From contig NC_057751.1 of the NCBI RefSeq assembly GCF_004010195.1, positions 1,463,167-1,527,166 of the forward strand: a DNA stretch of 64,000 bases. Reading direction: 5' to 3'. Each line of letters begins with the position of its first letter. Within the stretch, counting starts at the first letter, position 1. This DNA comes from Chiloscyllium plagiosum. Lineage: Eukaryota. Below, in pieces: positions 12,601 through 24,140 of the stretch. A program made the translations under genes and the position numbers. The notes under the pieces were generated by a model. That model had not been told where the DNA came from. It ran no database searches and was given only the letters and a program-made list of their open reading frames with translations.

Positions 12601-15600
12601 CCTGAAACAGGACAACTGGAACTGCACAGTCATCCAGAAGAGGCCTCTCCAATGTCCTGGACATCAACGTAACATCCCAACAATCAGTCTAAAGTCGAAG
12701 CAATGCAGGCAAGCATACTAAACACCTCCTTAACCACCTTCTCAGTGCATGATGCAGACCCAAAATAATTCTGTACTTGAACCTCTTTCCGTTCAAAACC
12801 ACTACCCAAGGCTCTGCTCTTAATTGTATAAGTCCTCTTCATTTTCTCAGAAACGCATTCATCCAATTAACTACATCTGACACTCCCTCTTCCAATGATC
12901 CCATGTAGCAAGACCTCTTGGTATTCTGAGATCATCTTCTTCATAGTCCACAGTATCACCAATCCTGGTGTCATCCACAAACTTCATAACCACACCTGTT
13001 ACATTCTCATCTAAATCATTCGTAGATGACCAACAAAACAAGACCGAGCACCAATCACTGTGGAACACTGCTGGTCACAGGCCTCCAACCGTCCACCATA
13101 ACAGGCACCTGACAAACCAGTTGGCAGCTCATGCACAATCCGATGTGATCTACCTCGATGAATGTGTATGTGGAAGCTTATCAAGGGCTAGACCGATGTC
13201 CAAGTGAACAATGCCTACTGCTCTGCCATACATTCAACCCCTAGTGGGAAGTGTGTTCTGAAACCTCTCCAACTTCATATCCGTCCGAAAACAGGTTGAC
13301 CAGAAATGGACACAGTATTCCAGGAGCTCTCACCAATGTCTTATATTAGAAGGACTGAACAGTGGGGGGGGGGGGGGGGGGGGGGGCGAGCATACTAACA
13401 GTCTTAACCTCCCAAACGATGTGATGCTAACTTCCAATAATGGACCTGAACCCAGAGGTCTGTTCTAAAACACTCCCCAAGGCCCTATACCAAATTGGGT
13501 CAGTCTGGCTCTTGTCTGTTTTATCCAAATGCTGGAGTAGACCACCCCCCCAAGCCAGGCTTCAATTCTCCAGGAACCCAATTATCTTCACTGTTAAAAT
13601 ACAAACAGGAGGGAGAGATTGGTGAAGTCTCACTCACTTGGCACTTGACCTGTCAGCCCCAGGGGCCCATGGGAAGGCAGTAAGGTGGGCAAGCCAAGCT
13701 GTGCTCGGACTGAAATGCCCAGGGATAGAGAGGAGCTCAGCTCACTGTCCATACAACTCAGCAGCATTTGGAGAGCTGATGACTTCTTAGACCCCAGGCA
13801 AACAGCATAGACCGTAACTAGCCCCAAACAGCACAAGATGTGGAGGGGGGGGAAGAAGACAATCAGCACATTACCGTCTTCAAAACCAGCTGATGTTCAC
13901 TGAGCTCATCATCTGTAACTTCAAACTTCTGCGTCAGTTGATTAGCATTCAGCTCACAACCTGCAATGATGGGAAAGGCATGATCACACACAGACTTCTT
14001 GACATTTCTGTCACTTTGACAGTTCAATCATGGACTACAGGCATTGCAATGCAAAGACAGCATTTATTTCCCTGTCCCCAACAGTCCCGAGGTAACACTG
14101 CTGTGGGGCAGCAGTTACAGGACAGCACGTGACTTGCCAAAAGAAGAGATAAAGCAGGTGGCTTGAATGCAAATCTGAATTGAGAGCTGCTCAGTGGGAT
14201 TCTTACCAGGGAGAATTCTCCCAAACCATGCCCAAGCTCAGAGCATGTCCCAAACAGTAATCATGTCAGCACAAGATGGCAACTGGACAACAGATCAGGG
14301 ATGGTATCAGGCCAGGGATCCACACATGGTGCCTGGACTGGTCGACTTCATTGCCAATTACTCAGGGTGAACTGGTCAAATGCCCAAGTCCTGTTGAAGC
14401 AAACACTTGGCATGGCCTTCCGTCAGTCCACATCTCAAACAGCGTGTCCCAAGCTACCCTTAGAGGGGGGTCAGCAGCAAATCCTTCAGCCCCAGTCACA
14501 GCTGTCAGAACATAAGACATCTTCCCATGAACTCAATCGCCTGCGTTTCCACTCATGACAAAGCACATCTGTATTAAAATGGGTCCCTGAGACAGTGGCA
14601 TCACTGGCTGGACCAGCACATAATGCCCATCCCTAGTTTCCCTGGGAAAGCTGGGGGGCAGGGGGAGCTGCCTTCCTGAACCACTGCAGTCCATGTGAGA
14701 AGTGACTGACTATAGCCAGGAGACTCAAAGGAACTCAGTCATAACTACACCAGGATAGCCCACTATTCCCACAACAATACAGGTACAGGGACCCTTGGTA
14801 TTCAGAAAGAACTTCAGAACCATCTTAAGCATGAAAGGATGTCAATGAGAGATGCTGGGAGCACACAGCAACACACTGAAATAAAGGCATTTGGACTTTA
14901 GGATATGGTTAAGGAGGATATGGGTCCAGTGCAGGGACCTGGAGTTAGAGTAGATGGATATTTAGAGCTGAAAATGTGGTGCTGGAAAAGCGCAGCGGCT
15001 CAGGCAGCATCCAAGGAGCAGTAGAATTGACATTTCGGGCATGAGCCCTTCTTCAGGAATCAGGCTCATGCCCGAAACGTCGATTCTCCTGTTCCCTGGA
15101 TGCTGCCTGACCTGCTGTGCTTTTCCAGCACCACATTTCCAGCTCTGATCTCCAGCATCTGCAGACCTCACTTTCTCCTAGATGGATACTTAGGTTTGGC
15201 ATGGATGGTCCTGTCTCTGTCCTTAGGACTCAGACTCAAAACCAATCTCAACCAACTCAATAAGATAATCAATTGCTTCCGAATAGCGTCCATGAATAAG
15301 GAATCTCAGGCCAATGAGTAGCATGAACCTGGTGCACTTTCAGGGGCAGGTAATAAATTGTCCCAAAGACAAGAGATACCGGTCAGTAAGCTCCCAGAGG
15401 AAGGGCTGCAACTACTGAGGGGGGTGACATCAGTCAACATTCCAGAGAAGGAGAGCACTTCTAAGATTTTCACCCTGTCCTCTTCAGCAAAGGAGCATGG
15501 GAAACCTAGGGAAAGGAACATGGCTGAAGCCAGGAAGACAGCAACAGTGATTGGGTGCACTGCTGTTGCCATGGAGATGCAGTTTAACATGGAGCTGTGT

Positions 15601-16508
15601 CTCGTTATTCTTTGATCAGGCAGGCTGATGGAACACAGACAAGGGTTTGGTCAGGAAACAATGCACCAGAAAGGGACAGTCTGGTGTTGGCCTCGAGACT
15701 CTGGTGTGGTCCCATGAAGTCCAACAAACGGCAGAACATAGGGTTAACCACTGCAGGGAACAGTCTCCAAGTGGATGTGGTATATAACCCTCAATGAGAG
15801 GTCCCACAGGAGAGGTTATCCTGATATTGAGCAACACTCACCAAGGAAACCAGACTGGGTTTGAAATCACAGTGCAGACAGATTCAGCATGACCAGGTAA
15901 CTCAGCAGGGTGATAACTAGCCTCCAATGTGTGCAAAGGTAATGCAGGATTCCATTATATTTCAGCAAAAAGGAATTCCTACTTTCACAACAGTATGGGG
16001 AAAGCAGTCACTGAAATGGCCAATTGCTGCATCATTCTCCACAGGAAACATCACCAAATCAATCAGTCTCCCATTAGGGTACACAGCCCAGTACCAGGAG
16101 TTGGACCGAAGGGTCTGTTTCTGTGGTGTGTGACTCTACAAAACAAGATGGCAGCCAAACAGGAGGCCCCCACCCCTGCACACAACACCCACGCCCCCAC
16201 AGAACCCTGACCACCACCCACCCATACTGAGCAGACAGCATAGCCTCTTGCCCCTTGGGCTTGGAGACAGTTAAGATCAAAAAGCTTAGTGTTCCCAGGT
16301 CTCTACCAAAGCAACACTCGAACAGAGAAACAGGAATGTAACATGACTGGGAAGTTAAACATCAGAATAGCGGTGACCAAACCAGGAGGACAAACCGTAA
16401 AGCAATCAAGTTTACAAAACAGAGTTGGATGAAGGCCTGACCGCCCTTACTCCATAAAACAGCAATGGGTCTGTCTGACTTGCTGGTTACACTTTTATTT
16501 GAAGTCAT
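563..16508 (-). CDS. NPM2: Nucleoplasmin-2 (oocyte histone chaperone), spliced CDS: join(16451-16508,13875-13960,11466-11576,11184-11277,8844-8977,8446-8474,8329-8362,563-607), 591 nt, 196 aa
   Basis: All introns are GT-AG with matching phases. Protein [65 protein letters not shown]...[24 protein letters not shown]...EDYPWG(E-tract)[23 protein letters not shown]...[14 protein letters not shown] aligns end to end with Xenopus nucleoplasmin: core, acidic tract, bipartite NLS and basic tail. Confidence 0.93.
1380..1760 (-). mobile_element. Highly decayed CR1-type LINE fragment
   Basis: Remnants such as ggggaccaaaac...tccagttgcagtct and gatccctct typical of the reversed CR1 3' RT region. Confidence 0.45.
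1790..2432 (+). mobile_element. Decayed CR1-type LINE RT fragment
   Basis: Degenerate PGPDGIYPR, QHGFV and PQGSVL motifs at DNA level. Confidence 0.6.
2445..3660 (-). mobile_element. 3' part of a LINE (CR1/L2 clade) with its tail repeat
   Basis: Reversed RT remnants (cagtgaacatcccacttctg...ggaaggtcactgatgaagcag). The tail gctgggccagcatttatt...ccctagttgcccc recurs at about 9340, 14600 and 19640. Confidence 0.6.
4690..4945 (-). mobile_element. HE1-type V-SINE (degenerate)
   Basis: Reversed V-domain ggactgtgggaggaaacc...gcaaactccacacagacagtc and tRNA-like head. Confidence 0.75.
6197..6515 (+). mobile_element. HE1-type V-SINE
   Basis: tRNA-like head ggtggcttagtggttagcactgctgcctc, V-domain, LINE-like tail gggccgaagggcctgtttc...ggattctaattcta. 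Confidence 0.88.
7370..7998 (+). mobile_element. Probable solo LTR related to the Gypsy LTR ending near 20917
   Basis: 3' end ggctaccttgttgaaatgtattaaggagggg...gtctggcctggtcc...atcaca resembles gactatcttcctaaaatactctgagggggctcggtctggttcgtaaca. 5' boundary uncertain. Confidence 0.5.
8329..8362 (-). CDS. NPM2: NPM2 coding exon 7 ([11 protein letters not shown])
   Basis: tttgcag acceptor, AAG|gtaggc donor, 34 nt, phase fits. Resembles ESSEEDSPTKK. Confidence 0.85.
8446..8474 (-). CDS. NPM2: NPM2 coding exon 6 (KKRVDADKS)
   Basis: tttcag acceptor, gtaagt donor, 29 nt. Completes the bipartite NLS KR-x10-KKKR. Confidence 0.85.
8565..8821. other. Assembly gap within an NPM2 intron
   Basis: Run of N; both flanks read ccccacacc(g/a)cgac, suggesting a collapsed tandem repeat. 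Confidence 0.99.
8844..8977 (-). CDS. NPM2: NPM2 coding exon 5 (acidic tract and first part of the NLS)
   Basis: [44 protein letters not shown]; ctctag acceptor, AAG|gtggct donor, 134 nt. Confidence 0.92.
9340..9810 (-). mobile_element. Second copy of the LINE-tail repeat seen at 2445-3000
   Basis: Colinear similarity (ctgcagtccatgtgctgtggg...aattccaggattc...gatggtgtcaagc). Confidence 0.75.
9892..10500 (-). mobile_element. CR1/HER1 LINE 3' end
   Basis: [17 protein letters not shown]...[16 protein letters not shown]...[13 protein letters not shown]; (catagaa)n tail. Confidence 0.92.
11184..11277 (-). CDS. NPM2: NPM2 coding exon 4 ([31 protein letters not shown])
   Basis: cctag acceptor, gtaagt donor, 94 nt. 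[16 protein letters not shown] motif. Confidence 0.94.
11466..11576 (-). CDS. NPM2: NPM2 coding exon 3 ([37 protein letters not shown])
   Basis: gtag acceptor, gttagt donor, 111 nt. AKDE..IVEIV and PIATL..SILPM motifs. Confidence 0.93.
12170..13330 (-). mobile_element. Decayed CR1 LINE fragment(s)
   Basis: [23 protein letters not shown] remnant plus 3' tail. Confidence 0.8.
13875..13960 (-). CDS. NPM2: NPM2 coding exon 2 ([28 protein letters not shown])
   Basis: ttgcag acceptor, gtaatg donor, 86 nt. Nucleoplasmin CELN...EHQL motif. Confidence 0.92.
14964..15178. mobile_element. Short palindromic Penelope-type element with a hammerhead core; TSD tagatggata(t/c)ttag
   Basis: Inverted arms of about 80 nt; minus-strand CTGAAGA-AGGGC-TCAT-GCCC-GAAA; direct repeats at about 14950 and 15179. 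Confidence 0.75.
16451..16508 (-). CDS. NPM2: NPM2 coding exon 1 ([19 protein letters not shown]+A); exon starts at about 16519
   Basis: Acceptor ttttaccttttag, ATG at 16508, donor A|gtaagg. 58 coding nt, resembling MASTVSNTSKLEKPVSLIWG. Confidence 0.85.
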
Positions 16509-17055
16509 TCTTGGGTGCTCTAAAAGGTAAAAAACAGAAAAAAAATCTTTCAGCACATTTGAACTGGAGAATATAAAGGCCAGCTCAAAACAGAGTAAGT
16601 TCAAAAACACAGAAAACCCCCACACCCCCCCTCCCACTTCACAGAGTGGGCAACAGGGACAATTCTATCATCCTCAGCTCCCAGCAACAGTAAACTGAAG
16701 ACACACGAGGAAAGTCTCCCATTGAATCCTGTCTCAGCCAGGGGACTTGGATTACAGACAAATCAAATTGGGAAAAAAAACTCACAACAGGGGACAGAGT
16801 CAAGGAGAGGGAGAGACTTGGGTGCACACAACATGAAACTTTTGAATGGCACAAGTGAGATTAAGCAAAAAATAAAATAACAATTAAAAACCTGCTGGGG
16901 AACCTAGAAGTACTTAGCTCTCTACCCCTCACCACCTGCAACAGAAAGCCCTCTCCAAACCAATTAAAACAGTGTGCATCCATCAAGAAAAAAAGGCATA
17001 AAAGTCAGAAACATTCTCCCAGTGAAGAAACCATCCAGGAAAAAAATATACTTAC

Positions 17056-17171
17056 CCTCCTTTAATCCAAAAATGGAACAAATTAAAAACAGGAACAACG
17101 CCCCACTCAGGTTTTTATAAAGGAATTGGCCATGAGGCCAGCTGAACAGGATTGGGGATTAACATCAATTA
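17056..17171 (-). promoter_or_regulatory. Candidate NPM2 core promoter and short non-coding first exon
   Basis: On the minus strand: TAATTG (17166-17171), CCAAT (17151-17155 and 17125-17129), E-box CAGCTG (17139-17144), TATAAAAA (17112-17119), then a strong donor GG|gtaagt after 17056, about 540 nt upstream of the ATG exon. Confidence 0.55.
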
Positions 17172-18132
17172 AAGACTTCACCCATTAACCCTTTCAAGGC
17201 CACACTGTCCACTAAATCAAAAAAGAACTTGCATTTACATAGCACCTCTCACAATCTCAACACATCCTTACGCAGTTCCCCACTGTTGAGAGGTTGTGGA
17301 AATGTTGTTGATGTAATGTCAGGACCTTTTGCATATGCAATAATTGATCCTGTTAACAGGATGGACATCAGCGATTCATTCGTTGCATTTTGCAATGTTA
17401 GTGGAGGGACAAAAATTGCAAATGAATACTGGGGTGACATGCCATCCACCGCTTCAGAGACTGAGACTGCCCAATACCTGAGGGAGCAGTGATAGGGTCT
17501 GACTCTCATGTCTGAGGGAATACAGTTCAGATTGCTCTCCTCCTGTCCCTCACCCATTGACCATTTCCCTCCAGTAGTTCTTATTCCCAACAAAGTAGTC
17601 CCAGCGTTTTCCAAAGCTCACTTTTCCAAACTGTTGGAATGACATCTTGCCCAGAATGAAGCGTCTATTCCAGGCATGAGTCTGAAGGTTGTTACCAGAC
17701 TCCTGACTGGAACAATCCTGGGGAAACGACAGCCCACCCCAACACCAGACTCTCACCATCTGAACGTGAGATCATCTCCATCTCTGTCACACAGCTTCAT
17801 TTCAGCTGGCTGCTGGAAGGCCCAAAAATGCTTTTGTTCCCTCTCAGCTCAGTCCCCTCAGTGTCTCCTGGTTAATTTCCCATTCCCCATTCTCCAGACC
17901 CAACCTGTTCATGTATCACTCACACAAACTTCTGGAGAATCGGCACTGGCCCGGCTCTGACTCACTCATTTCCATCACTGTTTTCAAATCAGTCCAGGGA
18001 ATACTACAGAAATCCTGCATTCCGTACAGAGGTCCTCAACTCTGGAATTCTGGCCTGTCAGCAATCCCCCTTCTCTCCATTCTGCCTCGGGGATTGGCTC
18101 AAAGGTTGGGAATTCCCTAACCAAGTCTTAAA

Positions 18133-18960
18133 GTCACACAGAAATACAGCACTGATACAGACCCTTCGGTCCAACCCGTCCATGCCGACCTGATATCCCA
18201 ACCCAATCTAGTCCCACCTGCCAGCACCCGGCCCATATCCCTCCAAACCCTTCCTATCCATCCAGATGCCTTTTAAATGTTGTCACTGTGCCAGTCTCCA
18301 CCAACCTTCAACAAAATACCGTTTTTCCACAAGACTGAAACAACAAACAAATATAAACATTAAAGACTCAGTTCTTCAAAATACATTTTAAAGTGTTGAA
18401 GTAATTATAACTTATTCCATACACGCACCACCCTCTGCGTGAAAATGTTGCCCTTTAGGCAACTTTTATACCTTTCCCCTCTCACCCTAAACCTATGCCC
18501 TCTAATTCTGGACTCCCCGACCCCAGGGAAAATACTTTGTCTATTTACCCTATCCTTACTCCTCATGACTTTATAAACCTCTATAAGGTCACCCCTCAGC
18601 CTCCGACGCTCCAGGGAAATTCACTATCCTATCTACCTGCGACTCCACTTTCAAGGAGCTATGAACCTGCACTCCAAGGTCTCTTTGTTCAGCAACACTC
18701 CCTCGGACCTTACCATTAAGTGTATAAGTCCTGCTAAGATTTGCTTTCCCAAAATGCAGCACCTCGCAGTTATCTGAATTAAACTCCATCTGCTACTTCT
18801 CAGCCCATTGGCCCATCTGGTCCAGATCCTGTTGTAATCTGGGGTAACCCTCTTCGCTGTCCACTACACCTCCAATATTGGTGTCATCTGCAAATTTACG
18901 AAGTGTACCTCTTATGCTCGCATCCAAATCATTTATGTAAATGACGAAAAGTAGTGGACC
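18133..18960 (-). mobile_element. CR1/HER1 LINE 3' end with internal deletions
   Basis: MEFNSDNCEVLHFGK...RDLGVQVH; tail gacccttcggtccaacccgtccatgccgacc. Confidence 0.88.
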
Positions 18961-20324
18961 CAGAACTCAAGCAGGTTTTGAGGAAGGGTCACCGTAGCTG
19001 AAACATTAACTCTGATTTCTCTCCAAAGATGCTGCTGGACCCGCTGAGCTTTTCCAGTAATTTCTGTTTCTGTCTCTACCAAGAAGAGTGTTTTGTTGAG
19101 AGCCCCTCTGACTCAGCTGGTCTCCTCCTCTCAGCCTGTCCATGACAGGAACTTTGAGCTAACCTCTTGTTAATTGCCCTGATGTGTCATTCCTGAGGTC
19201 CGTCCCAGATATGTTCCATCCTGCCTCTTGGAAGAGTGTTGTGTTGGTTTCTCTGTGAAAAGCACTTCCTAATGGGAAAAGGAAGGAGAGTAAGCTCAGT
19301 CTGAAGCTGCCCTGATGCAATGTTGACATAAATTAATTGAGTAAGGGTTTGAGGACAAGCAAGTCCCGACTCCATAACCAGCTCTCCCTGTCGCCCTGAG
19401 CCCTGTGACAGACTGCTGTCTGATCCACACACAGGAATCATGAGGAATACAAGAGACTGTTGGACTCGTTCACACAGATTCGGTCAGAGTGGAGGTGCTG
19501 TATAAAGTGGTGACTCTGGCTGCCCATGGTTGTGGAACACGAGCCCCTCTAAACCATAATCGAGACCAGCGATGTGGCCACATGGTAACTGGGTGAACAC
19601 AGGGACCTGTCTGGCTCACTCATGTCCTAGAGGGATTACAGTCTGCTTGTCCTCACCCAGTCTGCTTGACATGCCATTCCAATGACCCACACTAACTCCT
19701 TGGCAATTAGGGATGGGTAATAAATGCAATGCTCACATTCTGGGAACAAATTAGTAAATATTAATGAGCAGCAGGTACAGAAGATGAGATTAAAGAAATT
19801 AATCACTGATTCCCATGGAAGGTGGGACCTGGGAACAGAAAATAGCACCGATAACATCTTCGATGTATGAGAGAGAGAGCAAAAATGTTGCATAGACCCC
19901 ACACGAGAGAGGGATAACTGGGATAACCCAGGTGGGTCCCCATGACCCCTACATCTGAGGAAGGATCATGGAATGGCTTGAGGAAATGTATTTTGTTCTG
20001 GCTTCTTTTCATAGGCAGAGTGAACAAGAGGTGCTGAGCAGTCTGTGGGAACATAATCAGTCAGTGAGGTCTGAGGGCTTGCTTTCAGATGTTGAAACAA
20101 TAGAAGCAGCCTGGATGGGTGTGGTTCAATTCTCACAGATCCAGGATTTCCACATTTTCTTTAGCTTTAGGGTTGAGCAGAAGGTAGAAGCTGAGATGTG
20201 TCTTCCTATTGCAAGCATTGCATGTTAGAAAATCTGTGTTCTGAATTTGCCTTTTCGCCAAAGGTGTGTTTATGAGATGTTACTATATTGGAACAGTATT
20301 CAGAATAGTTACTGTGTCTACCGT

Positions 20325-20668
20325 GGGAACAGCATGGTGGCTCAGTAGTTGGCACAACAGCACAAGAGACCCGGGTTCAATTCCACCCTCGGGTGACTGT
20401 CTGTGTGGAGTTTGCACATTCTCCCTGTGTCTACATGGGTTTATTCTGGGTGCTCCGGTTTCCTCCCATCATCCAAAGATGTGCAGGTTAGGTGGATTGG
20501 CCGTGATGAATTGCCCAAAGTGTTCAGGGATGTGTCGGTTCGGTGTATTAGTCAGGGGTAAATATAGGATAACTGGGTAGGGGAATGGGTCTAGGTGGGT
20601 TACTCTTCAGAGGGTCAGTGTGGACTTGTTGGGCCGAAGGGCCTGTTTCCACACTGTAGAGATTCTAA
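20325..20668 (+). mobile_element. HE1-type V-SINE inserted in the LTR
   Basis: Head, V-domain and tail as at 6197. Confidence 0.9.
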
Positions 20669-23600
20669 ATAAAACTTTAAAAATTCTAAACCTCTGTGAA
20701 GTTTTCCAGTAGAGTTGTTATTCTCAATTCCTCTTTCTTTTGTTTGTATTTTAACAACAGTGTTTAAATAAATTGTGTTTTGCTTATCGTCAATTAGTCT
20801 GACCAGTTGTACCACATCTGGAAGACACTTTCCACAGCTACATTTAAAATAAGAAAAGATGAGAGTGGAGACTATCTTCCTAAAATACTCTGAGGGGGCT
20901 CGGTCTGGTTCGTAACACACTGGGGGCACTTGGCAGGATTAAAGTCTCTCATTCCAGGTTGGGTTTCGGATTGTTGGACCCGCAGGCAGTGAATGGGAGG
21001 TATTTGGATCTTTAGTTTCAGGTGTTGGATTTGGTTAACTTAAACAGGGTGTGCCTTGTGTAGTAATGGCTCTTCTGCTCACTAAGAGTTTCCAGGGAGT
21101 GGAGGAAATGGCTATGGGAGCTTTACAGGAAGTGACCAATGTCAAGATGTTGGAATTGGCCAACCAATTGGAGTTGGGCTCGCATTGGTCCATGGAGAAC
21201 AGGGGAGGTCATTACATCAATAACTCAACATTCAACATTGCTGGAAATTCTATCAGAATCCTTGGAAATTAGAGACAAAAGAAACAAATATCCCGAAATG
21301 AACTAAAAGAAAGAGAAAAGGAAGAGAGAAAGTGTGAATTTTACAAGTTGGCACTGAGACAGGAAAGTCAGCTTTAAAGGATGGAGATGAAAGGTGAAGG
21401 TAAGCTTGATGAGGAAGAGAGTGAGGATGAGCAAACCCAGGTTAGCCAAAACCCTGGTGAGAATCTGTGTCAACATATTCATGCATTGCCTAAATTTGAT
21501 GAGAAGGATGTAGAAGCCTTTTTCATCTAAATTGAGAAGGTGGCTAAACAATGAAGGGGCCAGTGACCATATCGGTTTTGTTGATGCAAACAAAATTTGT
21601 AGTTAGAGCCCAGTATTTTCATTACTTTCAGAGGAGATATTTTGGGCATATGAGGAAGTAAAGAAAGCCATCTTAAGTGCATTTCAGCTTGTGCCAGAAG
21701 CCTTTCGACAATGTTTCAGGAATCCAAGAGGGACCTTGGTCAAACCTACAGTGAGTTTGAAAGGAACAAACAAAGTAATTTTGATAGGTGGCTAAGGGCA
21801 TTAAAATAGAGCAAACCCATGACACTCTGACAGAAATGATTACTTTGGAGGAGTTCAAAAATCCACTTCCTGAATTAGTGAGCAGTCACGTGGAAGAGCA
21901 GAGAGTTAAAATGGCAAGATGAACAGCTGAAAGGACTGATGATAATGAGTTGGTTCATAAATCAAAGTTTGGTGTCCAAAATCAATTTCATTCCGTGAGG
22001 GATAGAAATTGGCTCAAAGAGAAATCCTCACATAATAAGGGAAAGGTAGATCTTGGTGAAGATCACAAGGATAATTTACCACAGGATAAAATGGAAACCC
22101 TTGAAGGGAAAAGAGAAGTTAAAAAGCTCTGGTGTTATCATTGCAGTAAAGTAGCCATATGAATACACAGTGTTGGTGGGTTAGGAAAAGCACTGGGAAG
22201 ACAGATGTAGGAAAACAGGATAAGCCAGTGAATTTTGTTGGAGTGGGAATGGAGAGCACAGTGGATGCTAAAAAAGTTGGGCCAGAATATACAACCTGGT
22301 CAAAGGGTGGTTAAGGATGAAGTGCCAGATCTCCTTAAACCATACACCTGCAAAGGTAAAGTTTACTCGCATTGGCCAGGAGCCACAGGTAAAGAGGTTA
22401 CAATATGAAGAGACACAGATCTTCTCAATCTGTGATGCTGTAGGATGAGGAGATATGTAATTCAGAAGGAGTATTGTCAGAAAATGTGGGAATATGTGAA
22501 ATTCATAGTGAGAAGGGCAATGTTCCATGATATAAACTGGGGTTGGAATATCCAGTGAAGAGTGGGGAAGTTGTGGTAGGAATACTGGAGAAACTCTCAG
22601 CTCCAGGAATACAAATGGTCCTTGCTAATGACAAGCTGGTTCACTGGTAGGAGTGCTGCCTACCGTGGTTGAAAAGCCAGTTGAAAATCAGGCAACTGAG
22701 GTGTTACAGGAAGTGTATCCTGGGATTTTTCCTGACCAAATGGTGACAAGGTCACAAAGCCACAGATCAAAGAAATAGGAGGAGAAATGAAGGAGTAAAG
22801 ACAAGGAAGTTGAAGTGTCATTATTCGAGAGCATATTTGATTGAACAGTTGAAGAAAAAAACAGCAACAGTGAGAGGACAAAGTGGATAGTTTTAGTTCA
22901 GAAGATTGACCTGAATCATGACAGAAACATGAACAACAAAGCAATTATATCAAACACGTACTCAGAAGAAGAACCTGAGTGTATCCCAGAATGTCACTGT
23001 TTCAGAAACAAAGACTCCATGAGGAAATGGAGACTGTCACATTTTCACGCAGACGAGAAATGGGCAGAAGCTCATCATGTTGTCATACCAATGGGTTATG
23101 GAAAGGAGGTGTTGTGGGTGGTGCATGACTTACCAGGAGGTGCTCATTTGGAGGAAGGAAAACTCAAAGCTGAAATACAAAAACATTTTTACCGGCCTGG
23201 ACTGTACCAGGACGTGGTTAATCTTTGCTGGACATGTCATGACTGTCAGGGAATAAAATCAACATCCTTAACCCCCATTGAGGAACTTTTACAAGTGTCT
23301 TCATTCATTGTGCTGGACCCAATGTAAAACAAAGAGTGAGGCTCAATATTTGTTAACAATAATGGCTGTGTCTCCAAGATTTCGGGAGGCCATTCTATTA
23401 CGCAGTATGTCAGCTAAAAGGATTGTCAAAGAGTGACTCAAATTTTTCACGAGATACAAACTACCCACAGACATACAATCAGATTGAGGGTCAAATTCTC
23501 CATCAAAATTATTCAAGGACATTCGAGATAGTTTCGGAATAAATCAATTCAAATCCACCATGTACTTTCCAGGATCGCAGAGCATTAGAATGATGGCATC

Positions 23601-23910
23601 AAACTTTAAAGACCATGTTGAAGATTTACAGTCCAGACTATCCTTGGGGTACAAGGATTCCATTGATAGTTTTTGCAATTAGGGCTGCACCAAGACAATC
23701 TGCCAAATTCAGCCCATTTCAATTATGTTTGGGGCAGAAAGGGAGAGGCCCACTAAAATTCATTAAGGAGAAATTGGTGAGTCAGAGACAACATATTTGA
23801 ACAAAGTGTCAAATTTTCGAGAAAGATTGATTAGAGCAGGTAAGTGGTTGGACAGCATTTAAAAGTAACTCAGCATGTGATGAAACAGAAAGTTGCCAAG
23901 AAATCAAAGT

Positions 23911-24140
23911 TAAAAACCACAAAACACCAAGTTATAGTCCAACAGGTTTATGTGGAAGCACCAGCTTTTGGAGCATTGCTCCTTCATCAGGTGGTTGTGG
24001 AGAATAAGATCGTAAGACACAGAATTTATAGCAAAAGGGTACAGTGTGATGTAACTGAAATTATATCTTGAAAAAGACCTGGATTGTTTGTTAAATCTCT
24101 CATCTTTTAGAATGATCATGTTGGTTTCAGTTCTTTCATG
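23911..24140 (-). mobile_element. Penelope-type terminal fragment (second family) with a degenerate hammerhead
   Basis: caccaagttatagtccaacaggttta... shared with about 3960 and 54093-54225; minus-strand CTGATGA-AGGAGC-AAT-GCTCC-AAAA. Confidence 0.65.

Noticed and set aside
19898-19943. MGTHLGYPSYPSLVWG as a possible NPM2 first coding exon
   Set aside because: Poor donor (gtctat), lies in the probable LTR; 16451-16508 fits far better in length, sequence and splice sites.
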